A stretch of 61,798 bases of DNA from the NCBI GenBank assembly GCA_028279895.1, contig JANQMY010000071.1, forward strand, positions 1-61,798, written 5' to 3'. The notes beneath the pieces were generated by a model that was not told the DNA's origin, ran no database searches, and saw only the letters and a program-made list of their open reading frames with translations. This stretch comes from Alphaproteobacteria bacterium (GTDB taxonomy: Bacteria > Pseudomonadota > Alphaproteobacteria > JANQMY01). Position 1 is the first letter of the stretch. Each line of letters begins with the position of its first letter. Of the stretch, positions 18,305 through 28,818 are shown in pieces. The translations under genes and the position numbers were made by a program.

Positions 18305-21300
18305 TTAGCTCATCGTTTCGACAAATATACGATCTGGGACTCTTGAGCCAAACAACGTTTTCTCGCGTTTCGCTTTCCAGTGTTTCACGCGTTTCCCTAA
18401 CTCATCCTCAAGCGTTGGACCAAAGCGCTGGCTAAGCTCGCTTCTGCTATCTATGCTTTCTTCCCAAGTTTCATGTCTGCCATCAACGATCTTCAGAAAT
18501 AAGATACTGAAACGCCAGAAATCTTCCGCGGATTGTGCTTCGCACATTTGCCTAAACAAATGCTGAGACCATTGATCCCTGTTAGAGGCAAACTCGGCAG
18601 CCTTAGCTGCTTTTCCAATGAAGCCCTCTGCATCGGAAAATCGCTTGATGATCTGTCCCGCTTGCGGTGTGGTTTCCCCAAATCCATAGATCATCAGTCC
18701 ACGTGCTGCTTCGACCGGCCGTTGGCTACCGACCAGGTCACTTGCGTGCGCCTGCAGAAAAGACGATTTGCCGCTTTTCAGTGCGGCAAGCACTTCCAAG
18801 CCAAGCTGGTGATCCGTGCTGGCGTCGTTCAGCCGGCGAATGCGCAAAGAATCCATGTGCTCGTTGTCGGCACCCTGCCATATGTATAGTGCTTCTAGGG
18901 GAATTTCAGCTGTCCCGTTGATCAGGTTTACGAATGCACTGGCTTTTTCGAGACGCTCAAAGATTCGTTTTGCGAGTGCTGGATTCTTGTCGGATAGGAC
19001 ATACCCGAAACTCAAGCCAATGTTCTTGACCTGAGCAAGCTTGTGAGCGGGCAGCTCCAGAAATAGGTTGGCCAAGTGCGTAAAGTTAGCCGGGTCAGAA
19101 ACAAGCATGGCTTTGACGGCGTTGACACCCACATCCTCTATAACAATGCGCGCTTCGTCCCGCGTAAGCGACTGCTCAAATCGGTCAAATGCCTTGCGTG
19201 CTCTTTCTTGCCTCGCATCGATTTCCTCCGAGTTCTCGAAAATGCGTGAGGCGAATTCTTCGGGTAATAGTGCTTGTTCTGGCTCATCAATCCATTTGTG
19301 CGACGGGAGAGATGTACTCCATTTGCTAAGTGCTTGTTTTGCGGTGATATGAGGCGGACGAATGTCAATATCCAACACGCGCTTGATGGACGTGTCCAGC
19401 CGTTTGGCTACCGCTGCATTTGCCCCCACTCCTAAGTTTTCGACAGCTGCGCTGAAAAATTTTGGTGAAATTCGGTCTACGACATCGTCTGCTTCAAGAG
19501 CACCCGCAAGCCCCGCCTTTATGAGAATTTGTGACCCATACCATACTTCATAGTGATCTTTCTTTGGATCCAATACACTTGCGCGCCAATTGCTTTCCGC
19601 GAGATAGCTGAGCAAATCTCTGTCTTCTATCAACGCAATGACGCCAAAAGCTTTAGCACGCACTTCTGATGAACGACTTTGCGCGAGCTTCTTCAGATGT
19701 TGTTTTCCGTCAGGCAAAAAAAGTGTTTCAGAATGCCTCGCAAAAGTGAGAATTGTGGCCTGCTTGTCAGCATCATTGTCGCTCACTGCTTTAGTCAACA
19801 ATCGATCGAGCTGCTTCGGGTCGGCTGCTTTCAGAAGCGGTAAAGTCTTTATCAGTATCTTGCCGTCGCTCATTTCCGCCAATTGTTTCAACTGCTCATC
19901 ACCTGTCAGATGGGGGAGTGCTACTAGCAGTGAGTACTGGGAGTCGACCCATTGGTATCGGGTATCGTTTGAGTAATCCTGTTTTCTAACATGGAGCTCG
20001 TTGGCTCTATCAAGAAACCCTTTGATTGTTTCGTCATCAAGAATTGCTGTATGCGGCTCCAAATGGGCAACTGCTATACAGGACGTTGCGTCTGGAGGCC
20101 GGTTAAGAATGTCTATTGCCAAACGTCGGTGAACTTCTTTTGCTGTTCCCGCTGAGAAACGGGCGATGCCGGGAAGTGCATGCTGAAGAAACAGGTCCTC
20201 TGATCCTCTTGATCTGGATGATTGAACGGCTGACACATCTATCTGGCTGTATCGGACCGCGGTTTCATCAATTTTGTCTGGTCTGGATGAAAATGGATCG
20301 CATGGGTCGTTCGGGCAGTATTGTTCGACAAGGCGCCAGCTTGTAGGTCTTTCTCTTTCTTTTAACAGCCCTGAAAGCAACTCGTTGGCTTGGTTTCCAT
20401 CTTCAGCTGCGCCGGTTGCGCGTAGGACTGCTACGTAAGCCCACTTAGCGTTTTTTGAAGCTGTCTCTTCTTTTATTATCGCTGATGCGGCGAGCAGCTT
20501 TGTGCGAGCGTTTGCCCAGTCCACGTTATTGAAACGGATCAGTGACTCGAAATTTTCGAATGATGCCCACGGGTTCGCGTTCAAGCTCTGTGAGTAAGCC
20601 ATAGCAACAAAAGCTTCGCTGAAACTTGAGAGCGGCATACCAGCAAGAAGTCTGATTGCCTCGTCAAACAAAGAGCTTGGGTCAATCAGATCATCGCGGA
20701 TCATTTTCTTTTCAAGAAATGTCTGCTCCTTCTTCGGCAGGGATGCCAATGTGGAAGCAAGCTCAAGCTCTTTACTTTTTTTGCACTCCGCTATCTCCTC
20801 TTCGCTCTTGTTGTGGGCGCTCAGTAGGGAGAGTTCAGGCACAAGCGAGTAGTATCGGAGCCATTTGTCAACTCGGCCGTTGATGACTTTTAAGCATTGG
20901 GGAGTGTCACGTGCATCTCTGAGAGCCGATCGGAGCCATTCATAGTTCTCGGCCCTATTGTCTGAAACCGCAAGACTAAATAAAGCCTGCATTGCCGCAT
21001 CGGTGGCTTTGCTCACGGCAAGAGCGAATGCAGGATAGACGGTACCGTCAATGTTCTGCAGATGGACAAATGATTTGAAAAGAGCCATTTTGATTTCATC
21101 TGTACACCCCTTATCGACACAGGCAATCATAAGCGCTGCGAATACCGCGTTAGCAGCTTTGTCCAGAGCACCAATTGGCTCAATAAGTTGATCCAAAGAC
21201 TCGGCGATGTTTTTCTGATTACGCTCAGTAGCTTGCACAGCATTGATAATGGCTAGCCCCAATGCCACGTTCAATCCGTCTTCTGAAAGTGTATACGAGC

Positions 21301-22927
21301 CTGAGATGTCTGGTAGCGCCTGGAAGAAGCGCCCTTCAGACGCTGCTAGCAAATCAGATGACAGACTGAATCCTGAATTGGAGCCGTTCAGGTCTACCTC
21401 AAATATCAGGCTACCTTCGCGCTCCTGAGCGCTGATCCGATTGATGATTTCTGAAGCGTGCCTAGTAAGCCGAGCTACAAAGTCTTTTGGGTGTTCTGCC
21501 CCAGAACCAATTCGGGCCGCGACGCGAATATGCTCAAAGAGCAAGCTCTCAACACTTAGCTCCGAAAAATTCTTAATCTGCTCAGTGTTGAGTAATTCGG
21601 CCGCAATGGAAAGTAGTCGCGGGTTTTTTAGGCTATTATGAACCCGGGGCGTAATACTGTCACCATTGACATCCAGACGCTTGAGTAGCTGATTCAACTG
21701 GGCGTTTGTCCATTCCGGAACTTGTACTGTCTCAATCTCAGTATGAAGATGGGTTTCTATATAGTCGCGGAAGTATCCTTCCCTTGCTGTGACAACAAGT
21801 TGACCGCCAATATCGTTCAGGACAGCACTAGCGCTATCAAGCCATCTTACCCAGTTGATCTTTGGATTCTGGTTTATTCCATCAATCAACAATATCAACC
21901 GTAGCGCGCGACTTTTTCTGTCTACTTTCCACCGTTCGAAACGTCTTCGCCATCTTTCTTTTTTGTATTCCTGGGCGCTATCTGATGTTTGCTCGATCAG
22001 CCGGTCAACTAGGAAGGACTCGAGCTCAACAATGGGCTGTTTGGGAGGAAGGTCGGAGGCTGGAATGACAAGCGTGACGGGGCGGTCTGGTATGCTCATC
22101 CAACCTTGAGCAAACAACCACGATTTCCCACACCCTTCTGGGCCGGTTATTGCAACAGTCTTATCGCTTGCGGTACTGAAGGCTGCGTTCTCCAATCTCG
22201 CAAGTAATTGAGGTCGATCAAGAAGAGGTAATCGCGCATCTGCAAAGGGCGAAAGTGTTTGCTTAAACACCTGTTTTGCGCGGGATTTGTCAGAGAACGC
22301 ACGCTTTAGCCAATCCTGATTCTTCTCAATCGCCATTGGCAAACCGAGTGTCGGGTCTTCCAGAAGCTCTTTTAAACTTCGAGCAGCACGGCCAAAATCT
22401 TCATGCTGCCGGATTAGCTCAAGGGCCGCTAACGTCTTTTGTGTTACGTCAGCACCCTTAGTGTTGTTGGCAATAAATCCAACGCATTCGTGGGCGGCCA
22501 TAGCGCAGGCGCATGCGAGAGGAGGGATGTTTGAAGTGTCCGGCCAATCCAAGACGATGTACGAGACCCCAACTCTTTCAAATGCTGATTTTAGAGTCTG
22601 TGAAAGTTGCGTGTCCAATCCGACTGTCGCACCAAGTATCCAAACATCTGGTATGGATGTGCTGCCGATGAGTGCTGTAGCTTTGCTCTGCACTCTCTCT
22701 TTAGGAATGGGCCCAGTGTATAACTTTGCTTCAAATGAAACGTGGCTCTTCTGGTCATTGGATTCCCCATCTCGGCCATCTTGGAGTCCGGCACTCGCTA
22801 TTCTGAATGGGTGTCCTGTTATTTTCTCGAGAACAGCGGCCAGTAACCCCTCGAAACCGTTTTGTCCTGTTGAACTTAAATTGCATAAGGCTCGTTTGAG
22901 ATCGTTTAGGGCGATTTCAGGTTTCAT
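18305..22927 (-). CDS. 1540-aa protein with an N-terminal Mrr-like PD-(D/E)xK nuclease domain, a P-loop (STAND/NACHT-like) NTPase and a long alpha-helical repeat region
   Basis: N-terminus FEGLLAAVLEKITG...GLQDGRDGE...VSFEAKLY fits the restriction-endonuclease pattern (D...E-x-K). Walker A is VAITGPEGCGKSW and Walker B is LRLILLIDGINQ. More than 1000 aa of helical, HEAT/ARM-like sequence follows. Confidence 0.8.
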   Translation of the reverse strand: MKPEIALNDLKRALCNLSSTGQNGFEGLLAAVLEKITGHPFRIASAGLQDGRDGESNDQKSHVSFEAKLYTGPIPKERVQSKATALIGSTSIPDVWILGATVGLDTQLSQTLKSAFERVGVSYIVLDWPDTSNIPPLACACAMAAHECVGFIANNTKGADVTQKTLAALELIRQHEDFGRAARSLKELLEDPTLGLPMAIEKNQDWLKRAFSDKSRAKQVFKQTLSPFADARLPLLDRPQLLARLENAAFSTASDKTVAITGPEGCGKSWLFAQGWMSIPDRPVTLVIPASDLPPKQPIVELESFLVDRLIEQTSDSAQEYKKERWRRRFERWKVDRKSRALRLILLIDGINQNPKINWVRWLDSASAVLNDIGGQLVVTAREGYFRDYIETHLHTEIETVQVPEWTNAQLNQLLKRLDVNGDSITPRVHNSLKNPRLLSIAAELLNTEQIKNFSELSVESLLFEHIRVAARIGSGAEHPKDFVARLTRHASEIINRISAQEREGSLIFEVDLNGSNSGFSLSSDLLAASEGRFFQALPDISGSYTLSEDGLNVALGLAIINAVQATERNQKNIAESLDQLIEPIGALDKAANAVFAALMIACVDKGCTDEIKMALFKSFVHLQNIDGTVYPAFALAVSKATDAAMQALFSLAVSDNRAENYEWLRSALRDARDTPQCLKVINGRVDKWLRYYSLVPELSLLSAHNKSEEEIAECKKSKELELASTLASLPKKEQTFLEKKMIRDDLIDPSSLFDEAIRLLAGMPLSSFSEAFVAMAYSQSLNANPWASFENFESLIRFNNVDWANARTKLLAASAIIKEETASKNAKWAYVAVLRATGAAEDGNQANELLSGLLKERERPTSWRLVEQYCPNDPCDPFSSRPDKIDETAVRYSQIDVSAVQSSRSRGSEDLFLQHALPGIARFSAGTAKEVHRRLAIDILNRPPDATSCIAVAHLEPHTAILDDETIKGFLDRANELHVRKQDYSNDTRYQWVDSQYSLLVALPHLTGDEQLKQLAEMSDGKILIKTLPLLKAADPKQLDRLLTKAVSDNDADKQATILTFARHSETLFLPDGKQHLKKLAQSRSSEVRAKAFGVIALIEDRDLLSYLAESNWRASVLDPKKDHYEVWYGSQILIKAGLAGALEADDVVDRISPKFFSAAVENLGVGANAAVAKRLDTSIKRVLDIDIRPPHITAKQALSKWSTSLPSHKWIDEPEQALLPEEFASRIFENSEEIDARQERARKAFDRFEQSLTRDEARIVIEDVGVNAVKAMLVSDPANFTHLANLFLELPAHKLAQVKNIGLSFGYVLSDKNPALAKRIFERLEKASAFVNLINGTAEIPLEALYIWQGADNEHMDSLRIRRLNDASTDHQLGLEVLAALKSGKSSFLQAHASDLVGSQRPVEAARGLMIYGFGETTPQAGQIIKRFSDAEGFIGKAAKAAEFASNRDQWSQHLFRQMCEAQSAEDFWRFSILFLKIVDGRHETWEESIDSRSELSQRFGPTLEDELGKRVKHWKAKREKTLFGSRVPDRIFVETMS

Positions 22928-23047
22928 CTCGATAGACTCCCACTGATTACATGTGCCACAAGACCAGATCGGGTCGTAGGGGAATTGTTTCCTTTGAAAC
23001 GGCTAGAAATGCGGGCCTTAAGATAAGTCGATTCTTCAATTTCTTTG

Positions 23048-23530
23048 TTATTGCTTTAGTCGACTAGATAGCCCTCTTTTTGGAACCTCACGGTGGGATT
23101 TCTTCATCGATTTCATGGCGCGCGCCTTATAATGATAAGCTGCAAAGCCTTTTGTTCCAGAGGAGCGGACACCTGAGTGGCGCAGTCCTTCGATGCTAAA
23201 AAGCCTTCTTGCTAGGCGATGCGCCTTGTTCGTCGTTTCTGGCCCACCAGGAGTGGCAAGTCCGCAACCGTGATGGACTCCCACATAGTCATCTTTAAAA
23301 AAAGTGCTCTCGTCGTTGCCGTGCAACATGCTGAAACCAAACTGCACGACATAGCGGACTCTGACGGTATGACTGATCCGTATACACCCGGTATCTGGGG
23401 AAGACGCCCGATTATTGCCGGACGAGTTGGTAATCGAACCCGTTGTTGGGTGGTTAGAGCGAATCTCAAGCTTAGTCCTAAGCTGAGATGCGAGTAGACC
23501 GCAGAGCTTTAAGTTGTTATCGTGATCCGT
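23048..23530 (-). pseudogene. possible 5'-truncated gene remnant of unknown family
   Basis: The frame is open from the stop at 23531-23533 down to 23048. It contains no ATG, GTG or TTG until a GTG at 23345-23347. The product is not recognisable. Confidence 0.3.
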
Positions 23531-23787
23531 TTACAACCTAGTAATCGATTTGCGCTAGCGTCAACGCCTAATTGGCGCGAGGACCGCCAGCGATTTGTTG
23601 TGGCTGGGTGGGCAGCGACCACGCGTTCATCTGTTTTTGTACGTTAACAGACATATAACATCGACGAGCGGCCGCAAGGGATTGCGTCATCGTAGTCCCA
23701 CCAAATCAAGTAGGCCGTCCAAGTCGTCGATATGAGTGAGAATGAATGGGTCTTTTGCAACTCATGTGACGACGGGAAAACGATGTC

Positions 23788-26700
23788 GTGACAACTAATG
23801 CCGCTACAGATGACGAGTTCGAATTAGAAGGTTGGGTCCGCACACGTATAGAGGCCTTACGTCCCAAACTGCTGGACCTGACGCGCAAAAACCCACTCAT
23901 CTCGACCAAATTAACACCCCGTTCAAACTCCTATGTCCGAGTGGTCGACGAACTGCCCGACGTGCTGTCATTTGAGCTTAGTAATCAAAAGAGCATGCGG
24001 TTCGTTGCATTGCCGCCACTCGATCTCGATCCCAAGGACGAGCTTCGGCCCGATTTTCGCGTCGCACTGGCCGAAGCGCGCCGCACCGACGAGATTTACT
24101 TGACAGCGATCAAGGAAATTGAGAGTGGGACCGATGACGCGCAAGAGACAGTGCGGCGTCTTGAACGCGAACTGAAGGATCGCGTTCGAGAGAGTTTGAG
24201 CATGCCTCCACGGCAGACTGGCGCTGATATCTCACTCGCCCAGCATGCAAAGCTGCATGCAATATCGCCGTCATATGATTTGCCAGATCCGATCGATGAA
24301 CACCACGATGGTCGCCATAGAGACAGTGACATCCAGACGCTTCTCTTAGCCGACGACCTCGAAAGGAAGATGACCGGCATAACGACAAAATGCCGGACAT
24401 GGTTACAGGAAACCGGCATCAACGTGCTGCACGCGGCGTTTGGATTTCTCGAATGGCAAGATGAAAACTCTCGTCGCAGTGCTCTTGCACCTCTGGTTCT
24501 GATGCCGGTTGGGATAACAAAAAACAAAACGCCGGAGGGACCCGAATTTTGGGTCAACGGCCTGGGCGATTCCAGTGAATCCAACCTCGTGCTCGCTGAG
24601 ATGATGCGCGCAGATTACGGCATCGAACTCCCGAAATTTTCGGAGGGGTCAATCGAGGACTACCTGGCGGAAGTCGCTGCGATCCAGCCACATAATCTGA
24701 AATGGAAGGTGCGCCGGCAAGTCGCCTTCGGTGTTTTTCCGTCGGCCCGCATGGCGATGTATCATGATCTCGATACCTCGAAGACCTCCCTCCACGCCAA
24801 GGAATTGGTGAAGCAGCTTCTTGGCGGCTCAGAGTCGACCGAGGCCTCGCCGTATGCCGATGAATATGACGTGGATACTCCGGAAATAGAAGCCAAGATT
24901 CCATGCCTGGTGATGGACGCCGATTCATCGCAACTAAGCGTCATTGCGGACATCGCCGATGGGCGCAATCTCGCCGTGGAAGGCCCGCCGGGAACTGGCA
25001 AATCGCAAACGATCGTCAATACCATCGCTGCAGCGGTTGCAGATGGCAAGAAAGTCTTATTCGTTGCAGAGAAAATGGCCGCCCTAGAAGTAGTGAAATC
25101 CAGGTTGGAAGCGGTTGGTCTTGGAGAGTTTGTCCTCCCATTGCAAGCGGAACGCTCCACGCGGGACCAGGTGATTTCATCTGTCAGAGAACGGATGGAC
25201 ATAGAAACACCGCACGCAGAGCCGGCCTATGAGTCGAAACTCGAGCAGTTCAAGGCTGTCCGAAGTGAACTAGCTGCGTATATCGATGTGATTTCCTCCC
25301 CCTACGGTGACACCGGACTTAAAGTCTATGATGTCCTCGGTAAAGCCATGTGGTCGAATGATGTGCTGAAGGGGCGTCCCGACATATTTCTTAGGCCACC
25401 CATCAACTCCCCGGATACTTTTGACAGAACACGCATCGAAACGGTGCGACAGGCGGGCGATCAACTGGATACAGCAAGCATTGAAGCGCATGAGGCATCG
25501 GTGTATTGGCGCGGCCTAGACATAGATAGCGCTGACCGGTTCACACTCGAGCAGATTTCGACACTCGCGGCGGCAGCAATGGAATCATTTGAAGCAGCCG
25601 CCCAAAAGCGGGAAAAGCTTCGAGAGAGGCATATCGATCCTGAACTTTCAAGCGAGGGTATCACCCTTATTGAAAACGCTCTCGAAAGCCTCGAACAAGA
25701 GGTTTCAAAATGTGACTCAGCGCTCATCGTGCGCCTTGTAAGATCCGGCCGCGTCCCGACCGTCGAAGACTTTATTGAGACCTGCAACAAGTACCAGGGT
25801 GTTCTTGGAAAGCTTAAGACGCTGGTTTTAGAACCCTCCGATGATACACTTGCCCAGCAAATACGTAAAATTCACACAATATGCCGTGAGAACGAAATTC
25901 ACGACCTCGACCTGGGCGCGCTTGAGCGCCGGATCGAGTCGGACCGGCGTGAGCTGTTGTCGTTGAAAAAAATCGACAAATGCCTGTCTGACCTGCCACC
26001 AGACTTTCTTGATACGGATAGCCTCACTATCGAAGCTATCCGAACAGCTCACGCACTTGTTTCGAATGCCCCTCAGAGAACACTTGCGTTGCGGACCGCC
26101 ACGAATGCTGATCCTGCGGCTGCCATCGTCATCCAGCAGACGGCCGAGTCCGGCCGGAGATTGTGCGAAGAAAAGGCCAAGCTTGAATCGGAGTTGATTG
26201 TTCCTGCTGATATCACGGCTACGGAGCTCGCCGGACATGCTGCCACGTTGCGTGATGCGGGTCCTTTTTCATTTTTCTCCCCCACCCATAGAACCGCAAA
26301 GCGCCTTCTGCGCACGCTGTCCCGGACAGGCCGCGTAAGAAAGGAAGACGGGATCAGAAGACTTCAAGCCTTGGCTGATTGGAAGGCGTCGGAATCGAAA
26401 TTCTTAGGCGATGAACAGGCGAAGGCGTGTTTTGGCATACATTTCCGAGGCATAGAAACTGACTTCGATGCATTCGAGAAGCTTGGCCGGTTCTATGAGG
26501 AGATCGATCAGCGTCTTAAGGGCACGACCAACCGCAAACTCCGCCATCTTTTGAAAGAAGGTGATTTTGATGAAATCCAATCTCTTCCCGAACTGCCCGA
26601 AAGCCAATGGGCGGGAAAGGTATCCGAGCTCTCTGGCAGGCTCGGCGAACTGGAGGCCCGCATTGATGAACTTGAGGCCGCATGTGAAAAACTCAAGGAG

Positions 26701-28788
26701 TTATCGGGATGTTTTCTGGCACCAGCCCAGATACGCACAGACTCATTAGCAGAGCTTGCTGAGCAAATTGAGGTCAATGCAGAACGTCAGCGGAAACTCG
26801 ATAGTAGCAGCACTGTTGAGGACATCCTTGGCGATCGGTTCAAAGGTGCGAACACCGCGACGGACGACCTTTCCCGTGATCTTGCGGTAGCTCAAACAGT
26901 CCTTTCGCAAACGCCCTATACTGATGAAATTCTCGCGCAGATCGAATTCGAGGCCATTATGCCCTGCCGCGCGGCATTGCGCATCGTGCAAGAACACGAC
27001 CTGCGGGCCGATGAGGCGATCGAACCTCTCTGTCATCACACACACATTCCACAAGCGCATTTCACGGACGGACGAAATCATCAACAGGTGGCCGCTTTTC
27101 TGGAGGCCGCCATTGATGACCACTCCGGTCTGCAGGCACACGCCAAATATGCCCGCGCCCGTCGCCGCGTTGATGAACTGGATTTTGGTTGGGCGACGAA
27201 AGCGCTTCTCGGTCAGGAACACGCCTTAAAGGATTTTGGTCGCGTCATCGAGGCTTCCGTCATCCGGTCAATGGCGCTTCACGTTATGAGCATCTACGGG
27301 GTCGCCCTGGACAAGTATCCGGGGACACAGCTTGATGCGCTTCGCGCGAAACTTGCTAGGCTCGATAAGCAAATCATCCGATTGTCCCGTCAACAGTTAC
27401 GAGCTGTCGTAGCAAGCAAGGCCCAGCCAATACCTGGTGTAGGCTCCGGACCGAAATCGCGTTGGACAGAATTGTCTTTGCTTGAAAACGAGACCAGCAA
27501 GAAAAAGCGCTATATTTCAGTACGTGATTTGACACAACGCGCTGGCCGTTCCTTGCAGGAACTTAAGCCGTGCTGGATGATGTCGCCATTGGCCGTGGCA
27601 CAGTATCTGCCCGCCGGCAAGCTCTCCTTTGACCTGTGTATCATCGACGAAGCGTCCCAAATGCGCCCGGAAGATGCAATCGGCGCCCTTGCCCGTTGTG
27701 GACAAGCGATGGTCGTCGGTGACACCAATCAGCTTCCACCGTCGAACTTTTTCCAGAAGATGCTGGATGATGGCGACGATGAAGACGACGATGCCTTAGT
27801 TGACGAAGAATCGATACTTGAAATAGCGAACGCCCAATTCCGCCCGTCCCGGCGGTTGCGGTGGCACTATCGCTCGCAACACTCTGGCCTCATCCGTTTT
27901 TCCAATGAACTAGTGTATCACAACGATCTCATCATTTTTCCATCTCCATCGGAACAGCAATCGGATATGGGCGTGTCATTGGTTCCGGTGGCCGGACGAT
28001 ACCGGTCCGGTGTGAATCCTGACGAAGCACAAGCTATTGTCTCGGAGGCCATTCGTTTCATGCGAACCTATCCGGATCGTTCTCTGGGAATTGTTACGCT
28101 CAATCAAAAGCAGCGGGATCTGCTGATTGATGAAATGAACTGCGCCCTCGACCAGGATCCGACAGCGGCATCCTATGTGGAAAACTGGATGACGCGTAAT
28201 GACGGGCTCGAATCTTTCTTCATCAAGAATCTAGAAAATGTTCAGGGTGATGAACGAGACGTCGTCTTCATCGGTACTGTATACGGCCCTGAAGAGCTCG
28301 GCGGCCCCGTCATGCAACGCTTCGGACCCATCAATGGTAAAGCGGGGCGGCGAAGACTTAACGTTCTTTTCTCACGTGCCAAAAAACAGATTGTGACGTT
28401 TTCCTCGATGAATCCGTCTGATATCCGGTCAGATGAAAACTCCAACCCAGGAACCTACATGCTCAAGCGATGGCTAGAGTACTCCGCGAGCGGAATTCTC
28501 GAAGCCACCGATCAGGCGTTCTCAAGCACAGATTCGGACTTTGAGGATTACGTCGTCCAACAGTTAAAAGCGATAGGTTGCGAGCCGGTGCCACAGGTTG
28601 GAGCTGCGGGGTACTTCATTGATATCGGCGTGAAACACCCGGAATGGCCGTACGGCTATATCTTGGCGGTAGAATGCGACGGGGCGAGCTACCATTCGTG
28701 CCGTTCCGCACGGGACCGTGATCGCTTACGGCAAGAGGTTCTTGAGCGTCTCGGTTGGAAATTTCACAGAATCTGGTCGACGGACTAG
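23788..28788 (+). CDS. DUF4011-type Upf1/DNA2-like superfamily-1 helicase with C-terminal DUF559/Vsr-like endonuclease domain, ended by an in-frame TAG
   Basis: Helicase motifs are GPPGTGKSQTIVN, IIDEASQM, VVGDTNQLPP, RWHYRSQH, NVQGDERDVV and NVLFSRAKKQ. The C-terminal nuclease-like block is YFIDIGV...AVECDGASYHS...RDRLRQEVLERLGWKFHRIWSTD. Confidence 0.9.
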   Translation: MTTNAATDDEFELEGWVRTRIEALRPKLLDLTRKNPLISTKLTPRSNSYVRVVDELPDVLSFELSNQKSMRFVALPPLDLDPKDELRPDFRVALAEARRTDEIYLTAIKEIESGTDDAQETVRRLERELKDRVRESLSMPPRQTGADISLAQHAKLHAISPSYDLPDPIDEHHDGRHRDSDIQTLLLADDLERKMTGITTKCRTWLQETGINVLHAAFGFLEWQDENSRRSALAPLVLMPVGITKNKTPEGPEFWVNGLGDSSESNLVLAEMMRADYGIELPKFSEGSIEDYLAEVAAIQPHNLKWKVRRQVAFGVFPSARMAMYHDLDTSKTSLHAKELVKQLLGGSESTEASPYADEYDVDTPEIEAKIPCLVMDADSSQLSVIADIADGRNLAVEGPPGTGKSQTIVNTIAAAVADGKKVLFVAEKMAALEVVKSRLEAVGLGEFVLPLQAERSTRDQVISSVRERMDIETPHAEPAYESKLEQFKAVRSELAAYIDVISSPYGDTGLKVYDVLGKAMWSNDVLKGRPDIFLRPPINSPDTFDRTRIETVRQAGDQLDTASIEAHEASVYWRGLDIDSADRFTLEQISTLAAAAMESFEAAAQKREKLRERHIDPELSSEGITLIENALESLEQEVSKCDSALIVRLVRSGRVPTVEDFIETCNKYQGVLGKLKTLVLEPSDDTLAQQIRKIHTICRENEIHDLDLGALERRIESDRRELLSLKKIDKCLSDLPPDFLDTDSLTIEAIRTAHALVSNAPQRTLALRTATNADPAAAIVIQQTAESGRRLCEEKAKLESELIVPADITATELAGHAATLRDAGPFSFFSPTHRTAKRLLRTLSRTGRVRKEDGIRRLQALADWKASESKFLGDEQAKACFGIHFRGIETDFDAFEKLGRFYEEIDQRLKGTTNRKLRHLLKEGDFDEIQSLPELPESQWAGKVSELSGRLGELEARIDELEAACEKLKELSGCFLAPAQIRTDSLAELAEQIEVNAERQRKLDSSSTVEDILGDRFKGANTATDDLSRDLAVAQTVLSQTPYTDEILAQIEFEAIMPCRAALRIVQEHDLRADEAIEPLCHHTHIPQAHFTDGRNHQQVAAFLEAAIDDHSGLQAHAKYARARRRVDELDFGWATKALLGQEHALKDFGRVIEASVIRSMALHVMSIYGVALDKYPGTQLDALRAKLARLDKQIIRLSRQQLRAVVASKAQPIPGVGSGPKSRWTELSLLENETSKKKRYISVRDLTQRAGRSLQELKPCWMMSPLAVAQYLPAGKLSFDLCIIDEASQMRPEDAIGALARCGQAMVVGDTNQLPPSNFFQKMLDDGDDEDDDALVDEESILEIANAQFRPSRRLRWHYRSQHSGLIRFSNELVYHNDLIIFPSPSEQQSDMGVSLVPVAGRYRSGVNPDEAQAIVSEAIRFMRTYPDRSLGIVTLNQKQRDLLIDEMNCALDQDPTAASYVENWMTRNDGLESFFIKNLENVQGDERDVVFIGTVYGPEELGGPVMQRFGPINGKAGRRRLNVLFSRAKKQIVTFSSMNPSDIRSDENSNPGTYMLKRWLEYSASGILEATDQAFSSTDSDFEDYVVQQLKAIGCEPVPQVGAAGYFIDIGVKHPEWPYGYILAVECDGASYHSCRSARDRDRLRQEVLERLGWKFHRIWSTD

Positions 28789-28818
28789 TTTAACGATCCG
28801 CTTCGTGAGGCTGAACGA

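Noticed and set aside
22461-22946. 161-aa plus-strand ORF and many other 60-120-aa ORFs opposite the 1540-aa gene
   Set aside because: They are antisense frames within a long, continuous and motif-bearing minus-strand ORF.
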